From the NCBI GenBank assembly GCA_034667685.1, contig JAXDQU010000118.1, positions 1 to 64,000 of the forward strand: a stretch of 64,000 bases of DNA. The letters are read 5' to 3'. Made by a program: the position numbers and the translations under genes. This stretch comes from Thermoplasmata archaeon (GTDB lineage Archaea > Thermoplasmatota > SW-10-69-26 > JACQPN01 > JAJPHT01). The notes under the pieces were generated by a model, which was not told the DNA's origin, ran no database searches, and saw nothing but the letters and a program-made list of their open reading frames with translations. Positions 55,826-64,000 of the stretch are shown here, one piece after another (position 1 is the stretch's first letter; each line of letters starts with the position of its first letter).

Positions 55826-57895
55826 GTGAGTCGACGGTTCCTCCTCTTCGCGGTCCTCGCGCTGCTCGTGGCGCCCGGATGCCTCTCCTCCCCGGCGCCC
55901 CCGCCGCCTCCCCAGGGGACCGTGGCCGCGCCGCACGTGGGCGACCGCTTCGAATACGCCCGCGGCGACAACTCCGAGCCCACCACCGCCTACGCGTGGG
56001 AGGAGCCCAAGACGATCTCCGACGCGTGGGGCGTGCCCGTGCGGGTCGACGTGCTCTCGGTCCTGTCCAGCAACTGGAAGGGAAACGCCATGCGCGCGGA
56101 CTTCCTGGGCGGCCGCGGCGTGCTGGTCGCCACCGAGCGCGAGGGGACCGTCTACCGCGGCTCGGGACCGCACGACATCGACCGGGACTACGACGCATGG
56201 TCCGGCGTCTACGGCATCGTCCGCGAGGGATCGTGCGCGCTCCGCAACCCGTGGCAGGGCCACCCCCTGGCCGGCCTCGACGGCGCCGCGCTGACGTGCG
56301 TGGTCGACGGCATCGCCAACGGCACGCTCCGCCTCGCCGGGGTCGACGCGCTCAACGGCCAGGCGCTCTGGCACTTCCGCATCCTCCAGGACGACCGGGA
56401 GCTTGCGGCCGTCTGGCTCGCGGAGGACGACCCGTATCCCGTGGTGCTGAACGGCTGCGCGCCGAGCCTCGCGGAAGCCTGCGCCCTCCCCACGGCGCTC
56501 CGCCACGGCCTGGTCCAGATCCGGTTCACGCGCGGCGGGGGCGGGCCGCTTTCCGCGCCGCAGCCCGACCCGGCGGACCCGGCGCCGCCGCCCCGGCCGC
56601 TCGTGGACGACGCGCCCGGCGACTCCGGCTTCGCCAACTTCTCCCTGGGCGAGGCGGCCGCGGCCATCCGCGCCGACGTCTCGCTGACGCAGTTCCAGGC
56701 CTGGCTCTCCGGCCATCCGGACGCCTACCTCGTGGGCGCCGCGTGGAACCGCGCCGAGCCCAGCCTCGGAGGCGCCTCCCTTCCGGCCGACCTTGCCCAC
56801 GTCGAGACGTGGCGCCTGACCTGGATCGCCTCCGACCAGACCAACTGGACGATCCAGAGCAGCAAGAGCGTGGGGTGCCCCGTCGAGCTGCCCGGCGCGC
56901 ATTGCGGCGTCGCCAACGAGCAGTCGTCGCCGCTCTGGTCCGACCTCGCCTACCTGGACGCGCGCCCCAGCGCCGCCGTCGACCTGGCGTGGTTCTTCGC
57001 CCAGGCGCGCGCGGCGCAGACGCCCGGAAGCCACGTCGCGAGCCTGAGCTATCGTTTCACGAGCGGCCACCGCTCCGGCGAGCCCCCCGTCCTGTGGCCC
57101 ACCGTGCAGGTGGCCACGCTCCCCGACCCCGCCGCGACGCCGCTCGGGCAGGGCTTCGGCTGGGTCAACAACGGGTGGTACGACCTGGGCAGCGGCGCCC
57201 TGCGGACCTGGAGCGGGCCGGAGGACGACGCCATCGGCTCCCCCTCGGGCGCCGCCCCGACGCACCTCGCGCAGCAGGCCCTGCCGCCGGCCGACGCGCC
57301 GCTCTTGGTCGCCGCGGAGCGGTCGGTCCTCCTCGTGGGCGGCCTCGGCCTCGTGGTCGGCCTGCTGTCCTGGAGCGCCCCCCGCGCCCCCGCCCTCTTC
57401 GCCGCGCTCTACACGCGCATGACGCGCTCCTCCGCCCTCGACCATCCGCGCCGCGCGGCGATCCATGCGCTCGTGCGGGCGGAGCCGGGCATCGCGACGG
57501 GCGAGATCGCGCTCCGTCTCCACGCGGGCGAGGGGGCGACGCGGCACCACCTCGACGTGCTGCGGCGCATGGGCATCCTCACGAGCCTCGTGGCCGGCGG
57601 CAGCGTGCGCTGGTTCGTCGCGGGCGCGCTGGAGCGTTCGCGCATGGCGCGCGAGGCGGTACTGGCGGGCGAGGGGGCGGAGGCGCGGGCGTTGCGGCTC
57701 ATCGAGCGCGCGCCCGGCGTCCACGCGGCGCAATTGGCGCGCGAGCTTGGCGTCTCGCGGCCCGCGGTGCACCTGACGTTGCGGAGGCTCGGGCAGAAGG
57801 GGCTCGTCCGCGAGGAAGATCAAGGGGCGCGGCGCGCGCTCTTCCCGGCCGTGGAGCCCTACGGCTCCGGCTCCTCGGTGTCCTCGGTCCCCTGA
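55826..57895 (+). CDS. Lipoprotein-like extracellular domain + TM + tandem winged-helix DNA-binding domains
   Basis: LLVAPGC lipobox-like motif; TM near aa 510; LDHPRR..I...V..EPGI...HHL..L and PG....LARELGVSR..V HTHs. Confidence 0.85.
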   Translation: MSRRFLLFAVLALLVAPGCLSSPAPPPPPQGTVAAPHVGDRFEYARGDNSEPTTAYAWEEPKTISDAWGVPVRVDVLSVLSSNWKGNAMRADFLGGRGVLVATEREGTVYRGSGPHDIDRDYDAWSGVYGIVREGSCALRNPWQGHPLAGLDGAALTCVVDGIANGTLRLAGVDALNGQALWHFRILQDDRELAAVWLAEDDPYPVVLNGCAPSLAEACALPTALRHGLVQIRFTRGGGGPLSAPQPDPADPAPPPRPLVDDAPGDSGFANFSLGEAAAAIRADVSLTQFQAWLSGHPDAYLVGAAWNRAEPSLGGASLPADLAHVETWRLTWIASDQTNWTIQSSKSVGCPVELPGAHCGVANEQSSPLWSDLAYLDARPSAAVDLAWFFAQARAAQTPGSHVASLSYRFTSGHRSGEPPVLWPTVQVATLPDPAATPLGQGFGWVNNGWYDLGSGALRTWSGPEDDAIGSPSGAAPTHLAQQALPPADAPLLVAAERSVLLVGGLGLVVGLLSWSAPRAPALFAALYTRMTRSSALDHPRRAAIHALVRAEPGIATGEIALRLHAGEGATRHHLDVLRRMGILTSLVAGGSVRWFVAGALERSRMAREAVLAGEGAEARALRLIERAPGVHAAQLARELGVSRPAVHLTLRRLGQKGLVREEDQGARRALFPAVEPYGSGSSVSSVP

Positions 57896-58087
57896 CGAAG
57901 GTCCCAGGCGAAGACGGGGCGCTCGGGAAGCGGGCGTTCGACCTCACGCACGGGCGCCGGGGACTTGGGCCGGGGCATGGGGGTGAGTCCGCCCTGCCCA
58001 TGCAAATCCCTTCCCTCAGTTTCGGGCCCGCCTCCCTGGGCGGACCTCCGGAGGAGGGTCAAGCCACCCTGCGCGCTGGTGGCCGTC

Positions 58088-58441
58088 ATGGCCGATCCCG
58101 AAGAGACGAGCCGCGCCATCCTCTACCTGCTCTACGAAGGGCACACGCACGAGGAGATCCTCGCGCTCCATCCCACGCTGACGCGCGACGACATCGCGCG
58201 GGCCGCGGGCGAGGGGCTCGCGGCGCTGGAGACGCAGGGGCTCGCGCGGGTGGAGTCGCGCGCCGAGCGCATCGCGCGCCTGCGCGTCACGCACCCCAAC
58301 GCGTACGCGCCCTGGAGCGCGGAGGAGGACGCGCGCCTGCTCGCCCTCGCGGCGGAGGATCGGACGATCCGCCAGATGGCGGCGGAGCTGGGCCGGCACG
58401 CGGGGGCGATCCGGGCGCGGCTCGAAAAGCTTCAGCCGTAG
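58088..58441 (+). CDS. DUF433-like HTH plus Myb-like HTH protein
   Basis: GHTHEEILALHPTLTRDDI; AYAPWSAEED..L...MAAELGR..GAIRARL. Confidence 0.75.
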   Translation: MADPEETSRAILYLLYEGHTHEEILALHPTLTRDDIARAAGEGLAALETQGLARVESRAERIARLRVTHPNAYAPWSAEEDARLLALAAEDRTIRQMAAELGRHAGAIRARLEKLQP

Positions 58442-59832
58442 GGCGCCAGCGCCGCGCCCCCGAGAAGGCTCGGCCCGGCGGTCACGACGGCGACCTTGAG
58501 GTCGTCGCCGTGCGAGGCGTCGGCGCTCGCGCACTTGTCGCAGCCGTCCGCGTAGACGACGTAGACGCGCCCGTCGCGCTGCGCCATGCCCAGGAAGTCG
58601 CCCAGGTTGCGGCAGGCGTTCTCGCCGCCGCTCTGCCAGATGCAGCCGATCTGCACGGGGTCGTCGGCGGGCGTGACGCGCAGCGAGGAGATCGTGGGGT
58701 TGGCGTCCGTGGCCGAGGTGAGGAACGTGACGTAGAGGTGCCAGACCGCGTCGGCCGGCGCCTCCTGCGCGGCCTTGCCGGGCCAGCCGCTCGTGTCGGC
58801 GGTCGTGCCGAGGTAGGCGATCGCCACGCGCCCCGCGTCGCCCGCGACGAGCGCGCTGAAGGCCGTGCTGTTGACGCCGGGCGCCGAGACGACGACGGGC
58901 TTCGACCAGGTGGCGCCTTCGTCCGTGGAGCGCGTGAGGTACATGCGCCCGTCCTTGCCGCCGAACGCGACGTAGGCGTTGCCCGCGCCGTCCACGCCCG
59001 CGCCCGGGTTGGGCTCGTAGGGGTTCGACGTGCCCACGAGGCCCTGCCCCTGCGGCTCGCCGGCGCCCAGGGTGCCCGCCTCGGTGATGGCCGCGACCTT
59101 CCACGTCTGGCCCGCGTCCTTGGAGACCGCGACGTGCATGCCGTCGCAGCGCGGGATGGGGACGAAGACCGTGCCGTCGGGCGCCGCGGCGGGCGCGCCG
59201 TTGAGCCCGTCCTCGCAGCCATCCGCCGGGAGCACCTGCGTGCCGAGGCTCCACGTCGTGCCGCCATCCAGGCTCACGTCGACGAACGTCCCGTCCTGGC
59301 CGATGGGCAGCGGCGTGCTCCGGAAGCTGTTGTAGCTGTAGTAGACCACGTCGGGGTAGCCGCTGGTGCTCACACCCTTGGGTGGCGGGCCGGTGACGAG
59401 GCTCTGGTGGTCGTGCCCGGGGAGGCCGCAGCCGCCCGCGGGGTTCCAGGTCCACGACTTGGCGCCATCGTCGCTCCACATCAGGTTCGAGCAGACGACG
59501 TTGTCGGGGGCGCTGAAGATGCGGTCGGTGCGCGGGTCGACCCAGACGTAGGGGTCGAGGTCGGGGCGCGGCCGCGGGTCGGCGACGTTGGCCCACGTCT
59601 TGCCCTGGTCGCCGCTCTTCCAGACCTGCGCGCCCCCGCCGGTCGCGTAGATGCTGCCATCCTTCGTGACGCCGATCGTGGGCTCCGAGCCGGTGGCGGG
59701 GACGTCGAGGATGCGGGCCGCGAGGGCCGGGGCGGCGGGCGCGCCGGTGGAGGCGGATTGGAGCTGCGAGGCGGGCGTTACGCATCCCGCCACGAGGGCG
59801 AGAAGGAGGGCGAGGGCCAGGGCGAGGCGCAT
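58432..59832 (-). CDS. Sialidase-family/BNR-repeat lipoprotein
   Basis: LVAGC lipobox; five SxDxGxTW Asp-boxes. Confidence 0.9.
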   Translation of the reverse strand: MRLALALALLLALVAGCVTPASQLQSASTGAPAAPALAARILDVPATGSEPTIGVTKDGSIYATGGGAQVWKSGDQGKTWANVADPRPRPDLDPYVWVDPRTDRIFSAPDNVVCSNLMWSDDGAKSWTWNPAGGCGLPGHDHQSLVTGPPPKGVSTSGYPDVVYYSYNSFRSTPLPIGQDGTFVDVSLDGGTTWSLGTQVLPADGCEDGLNGAPAAAPDGTVFVPIPRCDGMHVAVSKDAGQTWKVAAITEAGTLGAGEPQGQGLVGTSNPYEPNPGAGVDGAGNAYVAFGGKDGRMYLTRSTDEGATWSKPVVVSAPGVNSTAFSALVAGDAGRVAIAYLGTTADTSGWPGKAAQEAPADAVWHLYVTFLTSATDANPTISSLRVTPADDPVQIGCIWQSGGENACRNLGDFLGMAQRDGRVYVVYADGCDKCASADASHGDDLKVAVVTAGPSLLGGAALAPYG

Positions 59833-59880
59833 GCGCCGGGAGCCGGCGAGGTGGCTAAGGCGATTCTGGTCCGACCCTTG

Positions 59881-61041
59881 TCATGGCAGCAGGAAGAACG
59901 CCGTGCCCAGGATCAGGTAGACCATGAGGAGCAGCGCGCCCTCGAACCAGTTGCTCTCCCCGTCGTAGGCCACGAGGTTGAGCACGAGCACGCTGGCGCC
60001 CATCGCGACGACCTCCAGGAGCGGGAAGGCGAGGGAGAGCGGCTGCGCGAAGGGCTGGCTGAGGAACACCAGGAGCGGCGCGACGAAGAGCGCGATCTGG
60101 ATGCTGCTCGCGGTGGCGACCTGGAGGGAGGCGTTCATGCGGTTCTTCCACGCCAGCGAGACGGCGCTCCAGTGCTCGGCGGCGTTGGCGACGATCGCGA
60201 GCACGATGGCGCCCACGAAGAGGTCGGTCCAGCCCAGCTCGCGCGCTGCGTCCGAGATGGTGTCGGTGAGCGCCGCCGCCGCGAAGGCCGCGGCGATCGT
60301 CGCGAGCGCCAGGACCACGAGCGCCTTGCGCAGGCTCCAGACGCTGCGCTGCGCGTGCGTGTGCGTGCCGGGCGCGTGGATCACCGAGGGGCCGTGCGAC
60401 GCCGCGGCCGCCTCGGTGCCCGGCTCGAAGAGGTGGCGGTGCGTGCGCAGGCTGAACACGAGGCCCAGGCCGTAGGTCACGAGGAGCCCGACGCTCAGGA
60501 CGATGCTCAGGCGGTTGACGTCGACCGGGTGGTCCTTCACGAGGATCGGCGCGAAGGCGGGCACGAAGAGCGCCAGCACCGCGAGGAAGAGCAGCGTGGC
60601 CTGCACGTTGGCCGCCTTGCCCCCGAACGTCTGCGTGCGGTGCTTGAGGCCCCCGGCGAGCATCGCGGTGCCCAGCACGAGAAGGATGTTGGCGAGGATC
60701 GAGCCCGTGATCTCGGCCTGCACGACGCGCGGCAGCCCCTTCGCCAGCGCGAGGTAGCCGATGAGCAGCTCGACCGAGTTTGATAGCGTGGCGAGGACGA
60801 CGCTTCCCAGGCCGTGGCCCAGGCGCATGGCGAGCGCCTCGGTGGAGAGGCCGATCACGTAGGCGAGGGGGACGAGCGCGAGGCCGCTGGCGAGGAACGC
60901 GAGCGTGGGGTGCCCGGCGCGCGCGGCCCAGAGCCCCACCGGAAGCCCCGCGAGCAGGAGGTAGAGGGCGTGCACGGCGCGGACGCGGCGCGGCGGCGAG
61001 GGCTCCACCTCGCGCGCGGAGACCTCGACCACCTGGGGCAC
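59881..61041 (-). CDS. cax: Ca2+/H+ antiporter (CAX/ChaA family)
   Basis: [43 protein letters not shown]. Confidence 0.95.
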   Translation of the reverse strand: MPQVVEVSAREVEPSPPRRVRAVHALYLLLAGLPVGLWAARAGHPTLAFLASGLALVPLAYVIGLSTEALAMRLGHGLGSVVLATLSNSVELLIGYLALAKGLPRVVQAEITGSILANILLVLGTAMLAGGLKHRTQTFGGKAANVQATLLFLAVLALFVPAFAPILVKDHPVDVNRLSIVLSVGLLVTYGLGLVFSLRTHRHLFEPGTEAAAASHGPSVIHAPGTHTHAQRSVWSLRKALVVLALATIAAAFAAAALTDTISDAARELGWTDLFVGAIVLAIVANAAEHWSAVSLAWKNRMNASLQVATASSIQIALFVAPLLVFLSQPFAQPLSLAFPLLEVVAMGASVLVLNLVAYDGESNWFEGALLLMVYLILGTAFFLLP

Positions 61042-61140
61042 GCGTGCGCGACGGGCGGCGCGCGAATGAAGCTATTCCGAGACGGGCGACCCCAATGGTC
61101 TTATAGGGGAGCGGGGATCGGCCCTTCCTCGGGTGCTGCC

Positions 61141-61416
61141 ATGGCCACGAAGAAGTCTGCTCCCCACGTCGAGGAGAAGTTCATGCGCTTCGAGCGGGCC
61201 CGCATCATCGGCGCCCGCGCGCTCCAGATCGCCATGGGCGCTCCGGTCATCCTGAACGTCGAGCGCGGCTTCCTCGACCCCGTCTCCCTCGCGGAGCGCG
61301 AGTTCAAGGAGGGCCTGATCCCGATCACCGTGATCCGGCCCACGCACATGACGCCGCGCCGCAAGAAGCCGACCATCACGGTCACGCCCAAGTTCATGCG
61401 CACCAAGAGCGCCTGA
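61141..61416 (+). CDS. rpoK: DNA-directed RNA polymerase subunit K (Rpo6)
   Basis: [20 protein letters not shown]...IPITVIR; TATA CTTATAG upstream. Confidence 0.97.
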   Translation: MATKKSAPHVEEKFMRFERARIIGARALQIAMGAPVILNVERGFLDPVSLAEREFKEGLIPITVIRPTHMTPRRKKPTITVTPKFMRTKSA

Positions 61417-61453
61417 TCGCGCATCGGCGTCGGCTCCTGCTATCGAAAAGGGA

Positions 61454-61576
61454 CGGAGCAGAGCCCCCGGGTCGGGTTATGGGACGAACCGACCGACGCA
61501 TCATGGAGGAACCCGCCTTGCGGACGGGTGGATACGGTCAGAGCGGCGAGTGATTGGCTCGCGGAGCCCTGCTCCG
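61454..61576 (-). ncRNA. Candidate structured RNA or repeat element (multi-branch fold)
   Basis: 14-bp closing stem with G.U wobbles on the minus strand, enclosing three hairpins, one with a GCAA tetraloop. Confidence 0.4.
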
Positions 61577-61664
61577 GGATTCGTGTGGCGCTCTCGCCTA
61601 TTTCTACGTTTCAGCGGAGACGTGGGGCGCCACGGCACCTGCCGACAAGCGCCGGTGTGGTCGC

Positions 61665-62219
61665 TCACCTGGAATCGGGGGCTGACGAAGCCTTGGCCGC
61701 CTTTCGCGCGCGCCAAAGCTGCCAACCGGCCACGGCCAGCGCCGCGGGGACCAGGAAGGCGACCATCGCCGCGTCGTTGTCCGTCAGCCAGCCGTAGACC
61801 GGCGTGACCTGCGGGATGCCGCCGTGGCTGCACACGCCATAGTCGGGCGCGAGCGTGTTGGTCTGCGTGTAGACGAGGACGTTCGCGTAGTAGCAGACCG
61901 TGTAGTCGCTCACCGGATAGAACGGGACGACGCCGCCCGTCATCATGTCCATGACGAGGTGGCTGGCGAGGTAGACCAGCGCGATGCCCCACCACTGCGC
62001 GCGGTCGCGGCGGCCGGCGCGCCAGTCCCAGACGAGGAGCGCGACGAAGGGCACGAGGACGAACACGTTGGTGAACGTCGCGCGGTGGAAGCCGAGGAAG
62101 TAGTCCAGGTCCGGCAGGAACGTCAGGGGCCAGAGGATCCAGACCTTGCGCGCGTCGAGCCGGCGCAGCGCGAGCAGGAAGAGCAGCGGGACCGCGCCGT
62201 GGACGACTGCGCTTGGCAT
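61665..62219 (-). CDS. Membrane-bound metal-dependent hydrolase (YdjM-like)
   Basis: N-terminal H, LPDLD, HRATF, SHLVMD, PFYP. Confidence 0.85.
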   Translation of the reverse strand: MPSAVVHGAVPLLFLLALRRLDARKVWILWPLTFLPDLDYFLGFHRATFTNVFVLVPFVALLVWDWRAGRRDRAQWWGIALVYLASHLVMDMMTGGVVPFYPVSDYTVCYYANVLVYTQTNTLAPDYGVCSHGGIPQVTPVYGWLTDNDAAMVAFLVPAALAVAGWQLWRARKAAKASSAPDSR

Positions 62220-62222
62220 CGC

Positions 62223-63125
62223 CTACGCTCCGAGCTCCAGCACGTCGTGGTAGTCCATGAAGGCCGCCTGCAACGTGCCCGCGTCGAGCCCCGCGTCGAG
62301 CACGGCCTCCACGAGCCGCGCGCGCAGCCGGCGCCTGGTCTCCTCGTTGAGCAGCGCGGCGTTGTGCGCCATCGCCAGCGGGCTCGGATAGCCCGGGTAC
62401 GCCGGGTGGCCCGAGAGCGCGGCCAGGCCGCCGAGCACGCGCGCCGCGTCGCCGTCCGCGGCCATGATATCAAAACGGAAGACGCGCTCCTCCGCCGCGC
62501 AGAGCCGGGCCGCGTACGCCGCGCCGCGCGCGTGGGGGGGCGCGACGAGCGGTGCCATCCACGTCGGGCTGGCGAGGCCGCGCCCCGCGAGGCGGCACGC
62601 CACGAGCGCGGGCGAGGGGCCGATCCGCAGCCGCGTCGACTTGCAGACGCCCACCACGTCGACCTCCGCGCGGCGCGCGTCGGCGAGCATCGCGTCGAGC
62701 GCGGGGAGCGTCAGCGTGCCCGCCAGCGCGCCGTCCAGGAGCAGCAGGTCGCCCCCGCGCAGCTCGCGAAGCGCCTCGCGCGCCGCGGCGATCTCGCCGA
62801 GCGTGCGCAGCGCGTGCAGCGCCTCGGCGGGCTCCAGCGGGACGCCGCCCAGCGCGGGGTGCGGATCGTCCGGTGATAGCAGAACGAGCGTCGGCTCCCG
62901 CGGCGCGGCGGCGACGGGCGCGCCGGCCTCCAGCCGCACGACGCCCACGCGGTACGCGCCGGCCAGCAGGTCGCCCGCCTCGGCGAGGACGACGCTGCTC
63001 CCGTCCACCGCGACGACGCGCGGCGGGGCCGGGCGGGGCGCGAAAGACACGAGGCGCGGCGTCTCGCGTGGGATCGCCCCCAGGCGCTGCGCCAGGCGCG
63101 CCGCCACCGCGTCGAGTCCGTCCAT
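62223..63125 (-). CDS. nurA: NurA-family nuclease
   Basis: VVAVDGSS, LLLLDGAL, VGVCKST, GYPSPLAMAHNAA. Confidence 0.88.
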   Translation of the reverse strand: MDGLDAVAARLAQRLGAIPRETPRLVSFAPRPAPPRVVAVDGSSVVLAEAGDLLAGAYRVGVVRLEAGAPVAAAPREPTLVLLSPDDPHPALGGVPLEPAEALHALRTLGEIAAAREALRELRGGDLLLLDGALAGTLTLPALDAMLADARRAEVDVVGVCKSTRLRIGPSPALVACRLAGRGLASPTWMAPLVAPPHARGAAYAARLCAAEERVFRFDIMAADGDAARVLGGLAALSGHPAYPGYPSPLAMAHNAALLNEETRRRLRARLVEAVLDAGLDAGTLQAAFMDYHDVLELGA

Positions 63126-63328
63126 GCGCGGGCAGCGGGGGCCGGGCATCTAAGACCAGCAGTTTCGGAATCCTCCTGGTCTCCAGGGCGGCTTGAAAGG
63201 TTCCGCGCTCAGTCCTCCGCGCTCGCGGGGTATGTGATATCGATCAACCGGGTGGTGTTAGTAACACGGGTGCAAGCTCGGAACCGATAAGCATGCATGG
63301 GGAGTTCGAGCGGCCGAGGCTGCAAGAC

Positions 63329-63760
63329 ATGCGAACGATCCTCCTTGGACTGACGCTCCTCCTCGTGACCGCTCTCGTCGCCGACGTGCCGGTGAAAGCC
63401 AATCCCGTCGGCTGCCTCGCGAACGACAGCCTCTGCCAAACGGGCAATTTCTGCGCGGTGAGCGCCTGCTTCGAAGACCAGGATTGCCTGTCGTCTGGCC
63501 GCTGGACCGTCTCGGGGTATGGAAACTCGGCCCCCACGACGTTCTGGGTCACCTGCGGCTCAACGACCATCGCGAGTTGCCAGTCGGCGGATCGATACCA
63601 CCCTTGCACGAGCTCGGGCGCGAGCGCCAGCGGGAGCATGGGCTGCTGGAAGGACAAGGCGGACGCGGAAGGCAGCTGCTGGGATCCGATCGATCCTACC
63701 CGCGTGATCCCCGCCACCCTCAGCTCGCAGGTGCCTGACCTCTCGGCCATCGTGTCGTAG
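63329..63760 (+). CDS. Secreted Cys-rich protein
   Basis: Signal peptide MRTILLGLTLLLVTALVA; 10 Cys. Confidence 0.7.
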   Translation: MRTILLGLTLLLVTALVADVPVKANPVGCLANDSLCQTGNFCAVSACFEDQDCLSSGRWTVSGYGNSAPTTFWVTCGSTTIASCQSADRYHPCTSSGASASGSMGCWKDKADAEGSCWDPIDPTRVIPATLSSQVPDLSAIVS

Positions 63761-63766
63761 TGGCTC

Positions 63767-64000
63767 ATGAACCGGTTCGTCAGGTGGATCAGGCTTCGGC
63801 TCGTTCTCCTCGCCGTGGCGTCGCTGTGCGGATGCGCGAGCGGTCCTCTCGCCGCTCCCTCCGCGACGCACGCCGCCGACGTCACGTTCACCCGGAGCGA
63901 AAGCTTCGACCTGAGCGTCTCCGAGGCGAACGCCGTGGTGCGGTCCGGCGCGGGGCAGAGCTGCGTCCTCGTGCAGTCCGACGGCGCCACGCGCGTCGTC
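63767..64000 (+). CDS. Putative lipoprotein, truncated at window end
   Basis: MNRFVRWIRLRLVLLAVASLCGC lipobox-like motif; the frame is open to the end. Confidence 0.6.
   Translation, partial: MNRFVRWIRLRLVLLAVASLCGCASGPLAAPSATHAADVTFTRSESFDLSVSEANAVVRSGAGQSCVLVQSDGATRVV

Noticed and set aside
54550-60783. 2077-aa ORF
   Set aside because: Arg/Gly/Pro-rich shadow frame overlapping ths, the wHTH gene, the sialidase and cax; a high-GC artefact.

Overview
High-GC archaeal DNA, most likely Thermoplasmatota: it encodes a thermosome, Rpo6/RpoK, NurA and an archaeal Hsp20, and has TATA promoters and CCA-less tRNAs. Two large accessory regions interrupt core genes. (1) <1-22.5 kb is a defence island ending at tRNA-Ala(GGC)/tRNA-Val(GAC). 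It holds a double-GTPase conflict operon (phosphoesterase-adaptor, all-helical protein, two GTPases), a cluster of paralogous secreted proteins plus an internally inverted pseudogene, and a SIR2-like gene. It also holds a catalytically dead short prokaryotic Argonaute coupled to a Schlafen/AlbA_2-APAZ partner, GmrSD, and two related tyrosine integrases. (2) 28180-46985 is an 18.8-kb non-composite transposon defined by perfect 15-bp terminal inverted repeats and a 9-bp target-site duplication. It has a single internal SWIM-finger DDE transposase and carries a DUF499-DUF1156-SNF2/DUF3883 (BREX-related) system with embedded HEPN and GGCT genes, a TIR + PD-(D/E)xK pair, and a virus-like small-gene operon. 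The remainder is housekeeping and surface genes (AlaX-like, ABC transporter, purF, hsp20, thermosome, Ca/H antiporter, rpoK, nurA). All family calls come from reading motifs by eye; no searches were run.
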